A stretch of 64,000 nucleotides of DNA from an uncultured bacterium (GTDB lineage Bacteria; UBA8248; CAZNSX01). Where the stretch lies: NCBI GenBank assembly GCA_964575845.1, contig CAZNSX010000006.1, positions 5,378-69,377 of the forward strand, read 5' to 3'. The notes beneath the pieces were generated by a model that saw only the letters and a program-made list of their open reading frames with translations, ran no database searches and was not told the DNA's origin. The position numbers and the translations under genes are program-made. Below, piece after piece: positions 57,849 through 64,000 of the stretch (positions are counted from its first letter, which is position 1; each line of letters begins with the position of its first letter).

Positions 57849-59978
57849 TTAGCGGTTCCGGAAAAGTTGAGAAATCAATGCCTGCAAATCGGCGGGTAAA
57901 CTGCTCAGTGCGATATCGCCTTTGTCGATTCTCTCTTTGAGCCTGATAAGGGCTTGAATATCTTGTTCGAGAGCCAATTTTTCATCTTGAGACATATCGC
58001 GGTGAATTCGCCTTAAATGTTGAATCTGCTCATCGCTAGGATAAATAAATTTGAGCTCAAAAGTGTTGTTAATAACAGATTCAATTTCTCGTGCCAGGGA
58101 TTCCATGGCAGACCCAACACCAGTTATACGAACCCATGCACGCGAACGTGTAATGGCGGTAAACAGGATATTGCGTTTGCGACTCAATTCGAAGCCTTCA
58201 AAGCAATGGTCAGCTGCTATAACATAAACCATTGGAGCTTCGTTGCCTTTTGCTCGAAAAATAGAAGTAATAGCAATAGAGTTTTCGTAGAAAAGAATAT
58301 CACGACTGGCTGTTATGCCAACAAGGTGTGATTCAAGATTTCTAGCTTGTAAAGCGCGCATCATTTTAGAGCCAATGTTTTGAATACCTGTAGAATGTGC
58401 AATGATTATAAGGATATCGTCTGGGTCCAATTCATCATTCTTGAGGTTTTTCTCAATTTGCTCGGATACCCAAGAATATTCATCTTCACTGTTTTCAAAA
58501 ACTTTAACGTTCACTGCATCATCCGGCGAAAGAAGATCATAAAAATACTTGGGTGCTGCATTTGCTCCTCGGGCGAGGCTTACGGTATGTCCCTGTGTCA
58601 AATCGCCGGAGCGGATCTCGTAACCGATATGGAGCCAAAGGGAGGGAGAATCGAACATCTGGACAAGGCCGTTAGTTCGGTATATTCCAAAACCTAAGCC
58701 ATGGGCAATAGTCAAGGCCCAGGGAGTATTACGGTAGCAGATAGGAAGAACGATATCCTGCTGTGGTTGGTCTGGAGTATTTCGCAACCGGACCCTGGGA
58801 TTACCACTAGAATCGTTTCCAAAGAGTTCCTCGGCAGGAGGCATTGAGTAGTCACTTAGATTCTGGAGTTCGTCATATGCCCAAACAATGCGTTTAGGTG
58901 TGGCTGTAAATAAGTATACTAGTTCAAAAAAAGCTTTTGGAAAATCTTGAGCTTCGTCGATTAAGACAACATCATAAAGTTCAGTTACATTTTGAGAATT
59001 AATATTTTGGAGGAGTTCTGAGCATACACCGTCAAACGCTCGAGTACTTCCATAGTGGCTCTTGCCATAGGCAAAGTCTCGAGACCTTATGCCGGCGCTC
59101 GATGCGATCTCAGAATAGACTCCTGCTGATGTAGGACTCCCCCAAGCATGGATTACCTTTAGTTTCGTCCAATCTGGCTCATCTCGTATCAACTCGAAGG
59201 AGAAGCGGCGAATCAAATTTCGAAATTGCTGGTACAGGGAGCGCGTTTGGAAAGTAACAGCGATTCGCCATTCAGGATATTTTGCATGGAGAAAGGAGGC
59301 TTTCTGCGCTAAGACGATAGTTTTTCCCGATCCAGCTAGACCACGAATACGTTGAGGTCCTTCAGGATATTCAATCGAAGCTTTTTTTTGCCAAGCATCT
59401 AGATTTGCGATCTCTTTTTCAATAATTTTTAAAACATTTCCACTGGAGCCAGCTTTTTTTACGTGCGTCCTCTTCTTTCGGGGCTTAATTGTGGTTGTAC
59501 GTTGGATTACTGCATTTAACTCAGAGTGTATGTCTGCAGTTATCGGAGAGAATTTCTCCAGTAGATTGGATAATTGAGCTGGGGACGCAATATAGATGCC
59601 ATTTAAGTTCATCTTTCCGCTATATGTGGGTACTATGGTTACAACATTAATTTCGAACGGAAGTTTTCTGCCCTTCCTGAGAGGCTTATATTCTAATAAT
59701 TTGTTAGAAAGATTGATGTAAATATCATTGTGCTTTTCTTCTATATCGCTTATTTGTGATGGAGCCGGAGGGATGGAAACAGATGTCGAGAAATTAAATG
59801 CAACTATTGCATGTTCCAGGCATGTCAAAAGGGCATCAATCTGAAGTGTACCCTCAATTGAATTTAATATAGGGTAGCCAATATATAGTGTTCCATGGAG
59901 CTTCAAGGTTGTTAAAGCTTTTACGATTGAATCAACTGCAGGCAAATTTCTGGATTCACCGAATACAAGATCAAGCAT
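57849..59978 (-). CDS. Superfamily I (UvrD-like) helicase of the Helicase-DUF2290 defence system
   Basis: QRIRGLAGSGKT, LIDEAQD, YDELQ, CYRN, RAKGNEA, FTAITRSR; AT-rich. Confidence 0.87.
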   Translation of the reverse strand: MLDLVFGESRNLPAVDSIVKALTTLKLHGTLYIGYPILNSIEGTLQIDALLTCLEHAIVAFNFSTSVSIPPAPSQISDIEEKHNDIYINLSNKLLEYKPLRKGRKLPFEINVVTIVPTYSGKMNLNGIYIASPAQLSNLLEKFSPITADIHSELNAVIQRTTTIKPRKKRTHVKKAGSSGNVLKIIEKEIANLDAWQKKASIEYPEGPQRIRGLAGSGKTIVLAQKASFLHAKYPEWRIAVTFQTRSLYQQFRNLIRRFSFELIRDEPDWTKLKVIHAWGSPTSAGVYSEIASSAGIRSRDFAYGKSHYGSTRAFDGVCSELLQNINSQNVTELYDVVLIDEAQDFPKAFFELVYLFTATPKRIVWAYDELQNLSDYSMPPAEELFGNDSSGNPRVRLRNTPDQPQQDIVLPICYRNTPWALTIAHGLGFGIYRTNGLVQMFDSPSLWLHIGYEIRSGDLTQGHTVSLARGANAAPKYFYDLLSPDDAVNVKVFENSEDEYSWVSEQIEKNLKNDELDPDDILIIIAHSTGIQNIGSKMMRALQARNLESHLVGITASRDILFYENSIAITSIFRAKGNEAPMVYVIAADHCFEGFELSRKRNILFTAITRSRAWVRITGVGSAMESLAREIESVINNTFELKFIYPSDEQIQHLRRIHRDMSQDEKLALEQDIQALIRLKERIDKGDIALSSLPADLQALISQLFRNR

Positions 59979-60677
59979 TTATCGATCCTCGTTTCGTTAA
60001 CAAAAAAGTCCGCTCTATTGCCAAGTTAATGTATTATTCTTAGGAATCACTCCCTCGCGCTCCTAGGCTTTCCTCTCTTTTTTGCCAGCTTCGGGAACGG
60101 CATTACGTGAATTCTCTCTTTGGGCCTTCTGTCTCGTCCGTTCGGCGCGCCCTCAAGGTAAAAGCTAACAGAAGCTTCTTCGCCTTGGTTGGGAGACCTC
60201 ATCGCGCGGTTCATGGTCTTGGGAGTGGATTCTTATCTTAAAACTTTTACCACAGCCATGGTTTTTATACAAGAGGAACTTCAAGAAGGTCACTTGTGAC
60301 CTCTGACGTGGGTTTGGCAAAAAGAAATTAAAAATGAATTGGGAGCTTGAGGAGCTTAAAGCCAAGGAGAAGCCTGTAGCTGAGAGACTGGACCGCCCTC
60401 TGGTTTTACACATGAAGTGAGGCCTGGACGGATAGAGTCCAAAATCAAAAATGGGATTCTACAAATATTTATATTTCTTTGCTTTATAAGGACTTAGGCA
60501 TTTCGCACATCCCTAGATATCCCCCTGGCTCATAGGAAAGTACAAGTCGTCCAAGAGGCGGGAGGGTCGCACCATCGGAACCGTCAATAAGGGCTTGCGA
60601 CCTTTAGGGGGGCTCTGAAAATACTGTTGATCCAGACGAAAAATAAGACCATCCGCTTCCCGCCTGTGAACGATATA

Positions 60678-60706
60678 TTGATAGAGACGGTGAGGGGTGT
60701 TAAAAA
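60678..60706 (+). promoter_or_regulatory. sigma70 promoter upstream of the tRNA fragment
   Basis: TTGATA-N17-TAAAAT with extended -10 TG. Confidence 0.6.
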
Positions 60707-60727
60707 TAAAAAAAGCGCTGAAGCCTA

Positions 60728-60765
60728 GCGGGAATAGCTCAGCGGTAGAACACTGCCTTGCCAAG
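60728..60765 (+). pseudogene. 5' half of tRNA-Gly(GCC), truncated just after the anticodon loop (probable att scar)
   Basis: GCGGGAATAGCTCAGCGGTAGAACACTGCCTTGCCAAG; no T-arm or acceptor 3' strand follows. Confidence 0.75.
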
Positions 60766-61028
60766 AAGAGCAGGGGGGTTGACTAAGTCATTGAAGAATG
60801 GCCAATCCATCTGTTTTATTTGGAGTTCTGTCTTTTTGAGAATTCTCTCAATTATCCAGAATTACCCAGATTTTTGCATCCGTTTCACAGTAATTTTCAC
60901 AGCACGCTTTTAGGGCGGTTCCCTGCCCCGAAAAACCAGTGCTCTAATTGCCCCTTGTTCTGATCGTTCGCTTTCGGTATTATTTCGCTCAGAATCTCTG
61001 TTGGAGATTTGAGTAAGGGCCGAACAGA

Positions 61029-61345
61029 ATGCATCAAGAGCTGCAAATCTAAGCCTCTAGCGAGAAAATTGCCTAATTCTGTCGCAAACATAGAATCCGC
61101 AAGCTGGCTTTTTTCGGCTCGGTCCTGCGGCAGGACTTCACTCCGGAGAGCGATGTGGACGTACTCGTGGAGTTTGAGCCCGAGGCGCGGTGGGGCCTCC
61201 TGAGCCTCGCCGAGATGGAGCGGGAGCTCTCGGAAATCCTCGGGCGGAAGGTGGACTTGGTGGACCGGCCCTCAGCGGAGCGAGAGGTACATCCGGCGCA
61301 AGCACATCCTGGCGTTCCCTTGAGTCCATCTATGTGGCGGGATGA
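61029..61345 (+). pseudogene. Minimal nucleotidyltransferase (MNT/MntA-type antitoxin) pseudogene, overlapped by the start of a HepT/DUF86-like toxin remnant
   Basis: [37 protein letters not shown] with two in-frame TAA; frameshifted tail [17 protein letters not shown]; MWRDEA at 61332. Confidence 0.75.
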
Positions 61346-61461
61346 GGCCAAGCTTCAGCTCCTCGTGCCGCCGGAGGAGCCTTGAGGCACAGCAGCCGGG
61401 TGGGGCGAGGCGCTGCCTCGTAGATTCCTCGGGAGAAGGGTCACGGCGCAGCCGTGATCCG

Positions 61462-61725
61462 CCCGACTCAAAAGGTGTGGAAATCCTCGAGGAATTGAAG
61501 CCAGTGGGGGATGAGATCGTGTTTCCAAAGCTTTCGACAAGCCCCTTCACCTCAAGCCCGCCCGACCAAGTGCTACTACACTACATAGGGATCAAGAAAC
61601 TCATCATTGCGGGCGTCAACACCAACTACTGTGTTGAGACCACAATCCGCGATGCCTTCGACCGGGGCTACCGGGTGATGGTGGAGGATGGCGGCGGCAA
61701 CGTCAAACCGCGGGCGTCGAAGTAG
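61462..61725 (+). pseudogene. Isochorismatase/cysteine hydrolase C-terminal fragment
   Basis: EILEELKP..DEIVFPK..S.F, IIAGVNTNYCVETTIRDAFDRGY; N-terminal half missing. Confidence 0.75.
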
Positions 61726-61866
61726 GGCTGGTGAGGCATCAGTAGAGCCAGTAGATGCTCACGCGCGATGGACTTGAGGCCGTCGCGGCATGGGCAAAAC
61801 GCCTGAGGTTGTACGTCGCCATTCTACGCCTCCCGTGATCGTTCACCTTCGCACGGCACGACTTGG

Positions 61867-63339
61867 TCACTTATTGCCGCCCCCCAGAACCGCGTAAAGC
61901 CTCACCTGGCTGGCGAGCCGCGCCAAGCGGAGGGAAACGAGTCCCTGCTGCGCGGCGAAGAGCGAGCGTTGCGCATCGAGGACACCCAGGTAGCTGTCAA
62001 TCCCCTTCTCAAAACGGGAAATGGAAAGGCGATGGGTTTCTGCCAGGGAGTTGACGAGAGATTGTTGCGCGGCGACCTGCTGGTCCACAGTGCCGCGCAC
62101 GGCCAGCGCATCGGCCACTTCTCGGAAGGCGCTTTGAATCGCCTTCTCGTATTGGGTCACGGCGATTTCCCTTTGCACTTTGCTGGCCTTGAGCGCGGCC
62201 CAGGTGCGGGCATCGAAGATTGGCATCACAATCTGCGGCGCGTAGCTCCACGTGCCCGAGCCTGATTTAAACAGGCTGGAAAGCTCGTCGCTGGCAGTGC
62301 CGAGCGTGGTTGTCAGGGAAATGCGGGGGAAGAAAGCGGCCCGCGCGGCACCAATGTCCGCGTTGGCCGCCTTGAGCATGTTCTCGGCTTGAAGCACATC
62401 CGGCCGGCGCAGGAGCACGTCGGAGTGCAGTCCGGGAGAAATCTCCTGGGGCGGGCGGACGCGGTCCAACTCGGCGGGCAACAGCTCACGGGGCACCTGT
62501 GAGCCTACTAGCAGCTTCAAGGCGTTTTCATCCTGCGCCACCAGTTGGGTGTAACGGGCAATGTCTCTGCGCGCTACATCCAGGGGTGTTTGGGCTTGGC
62601 GCAGGTCCAGCTCGTTCGCAACCCCGACCGCATACCTCCGCTGCACCAACTCGTATGCGGCTTTCTGTGTCTGAAAGGTGGTTCCCGCCAGAGCAAGATT
62701 CTCCCGGTCGGCGGCCAGGGCCAGATAGGCGTTGGCCACTGCCGAGACCAGCAGAATCTGTGCGCTGCGGCGGGCCTGCTCCGTGGCCAGGTATTCCTCC
62801 AGCGCGCGGTCTTTGAGGCTGCGAATGCGGCCAAAGAAATCAATCTCCCAGGAGATGACGCCGAGATTGACGTCGTATCGTTCGATCGTTCGGGGTTGTC
62901 CAGGCTGCATCAGATCGGCAGAAGAACGTTCCTTGCTGGCGCGCCCCGTCGCATTGACGGCAGGGAAGAGCTCGGCTCGCTGGATGCCGTAGAGGGCGCG
63001 CGCCAGCTCGACGTTCAAGGCGGCCAGCCGCAGGTCGCGGTTGTTCGTCAGGGCCATCCCGATGACCTGTTGCAGCTTCTCGTCGGTGAAAAACTCCCGC
63101 CAACTCAAGTCCGGGGCTTCATGAGCATTCGTTGACGCCCGGCTTTGCCGGCTTTGTTCGTAGGCGGGGCCACTGGGCCAATGGGACGGGATCGGCGCTG
63201 TTGGACGAGTGTATTTCGGGGCGAACGTGCAGCCGCTCAGAGAAAGCGACACTCCCAGCGCGAGGCACAGGGCGGTGGTGCGGCGCTCCCGGCGGGCGCG
63301 CCCTACCAACGAGAACGGAACTGTGGGGTCGGGATTCAT
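61867..63339 (-). CDS. RND efflux outer membrane lipoprotein (OprM/NodT family)
   Basis: Lipobox [35 protein letters not shown]. Confidence 0.93.
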   Translation of the reverse strand: MNPDPTVPFSLVGRARRERRTTALCLALGVSLSLSGCTFAPKYTRPTAPIPSHWPSGPAYEQSRQSRASTNAHEAPDLSWREFFTDEKLQQVIGMALTNNRDLRLAALNVELARALYGIQRAELFPAVNATGRASKERSSADLMQPGQPRTIERYDVNLGVISWEIDFFGRIRSLKDRALEEYLATEQARRSAQILLVSAVANAYLALAADRENLALAGTTFQTQKAAYELVQRRYAVGVANELDLRQAQTPLDVARRDIARYTQLVAQDENALKLLVGSQVPRELLPAELDRVRPPQEISPGLHSDVLLRRPDVLQAENMLKAANADIGAARAAFFPRISLTTTLGTASDELSSLFKSGSGTWSYAPQIVMPIFDARTWAALKASKVQREIAVTQYEKAIQSAFREVADALAVRGTVDQQVAAQQSLVNSLAETHRLSISRFEKGIDSYLGVLDAQRSLFAAQQGLVSLRLARLASQVRLYAVLGGGNK

Positions 63340-64000
63340 CTCAGCTCACCTCCGAGGCCGGTTGAGGCTGCTTTTCTGGCGAACAGGCGGGAGATCACCA
63401 CGAAGAACAAGGGGATGAAGATCAGATCAATGAACGTGGCCGAGAGCATCCCGCCGGTGACCGCGGTGCCGATGGCGTTCATGGCGCCGGCGCCGGCACC
63501 GGTGGCGATGGCCAGCGGTAATGTGCCGAAGAAAAATGCCAGCGACGTCATGATGACGGGCCGGAACCGGATTCGCACCGCCGCAAGGGTTGCCTCGACC
63601 AGTCCCATTCCTTGGCGGCGCTGCTCTTTGATGAATTGAATGATCAGAATGGCGTTCTTGGTTGAAAGCCCCAGCGTAGTGAGGAATCCGACCTGGAAGT
63701 ACACGTCGTTATGCAGTCCGCGCAGGTAGGTCGCCAGCAAAGCGCCAAACACACCCAGTGGCAGCATCAGCAGGTTGACGAAGGGAATAGTCCAGCTTTC
63801 GTACAGCGCGGCCACGCAAAGGAAGATCACAAGGACGGAAAAGGCGTAGAGAATCGGTACCTGGGCCGTCGCCATCCGTTCCTGGTAGGAAAGTCCGGCC
63901 CAGTCATAGCCGATTCCCTGCGGCAGTTTCGAGACGATCTCTTCCATGGCCTGCATGGCCTCGCCGGAACTGCGTCCCGGTGCCGGTTCGCCCCAGATGT
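63336..64000 (-). CDS. RND efflux permease (AcrB/MexB family), C-terminal part
   Basis: [35 protein letters not shown]; runs off the window. Confidence 0.93.
   Translation of the reverse strand, partial: IWGEPAPGRSSGEAMQAMEEIVSKLPQGIGYDWAGLSYQERMATAQVPILYAFSVLVIFLCVAALYESWTIPFVNLLMLPLGVFGALLATYLRGLHNDVYFQVGFLTTLGLSTKNAILIIQFIKEQRRQGMGLVEATLAAVRIRFRPVIMTSLAFFFGTLPLAIATGAGAGAMNAIGTAVTGGMLSATFIDLIFIPLFFVVISRLFARKAASTGLGGELR

Noticed and set aside
60728-60805. Intact tRNA-Gly
   Set aside because: No 3' anticodon stem strand, T-arm or acceptor strand
1-64000. CRISPR array, cas genes, intact transposase or integrase, rRNA
   Set aside because: No regularly spaced repeats or diagnostic ORFs seen

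Overview
A 64-kb window from a fairly GC-rich, probably diderm bacterium (it encodes an OprM-like channel; the taxon cannot be fixed from sequence alone). Bases 1 to about 56.4 kb are a dense accessory catabolic region with no core housekeeping genes. They hold four paralogous acetylene-hydratase-like DMSO-reductase-family Mo/W enzymes, a tungsten AOR-family enzyme and an orphan xanthine-dehydrogenase-type large subunit. They also hold two divergent SdhA/FrdA/AprA-like flavoproteins with small Fe-S partners, a UbiD decarboxylase, a nitrilase, an amidase, an amidohydrolase, TTT and LIV-type transporters, and a NosL/ABC/TlpA module. The best hidden feature is a cupin-AhpD-cupin-AhpD-AhpD operon. 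Its last gene is split in the ORF track by an in-frame TGA exactly where its two neighbours have the second Cys of CxxC, and a SECIS-like hairpin follows, indicating a CxxU selenoprotein (29605-30174). Two candidate structured leader RNAs sit upstream of a molybdoenzyme (~20915-21071) and of nosL (~50591-50690). From about 56.4 kb the region is mobile-looking. It has an inverted pair of GTAG-REP-like repeats, an AT-rich Helicase+DUF2290 anti-phage pair, a promoter-driven 5' half of tRNA-Gly(GCC) with att-like repeats, decayed MNT/HEPN and isochorismatase fragments, and the end of an RND efflux operon. All family assignments come from motifs read by eye; no database searches were run.
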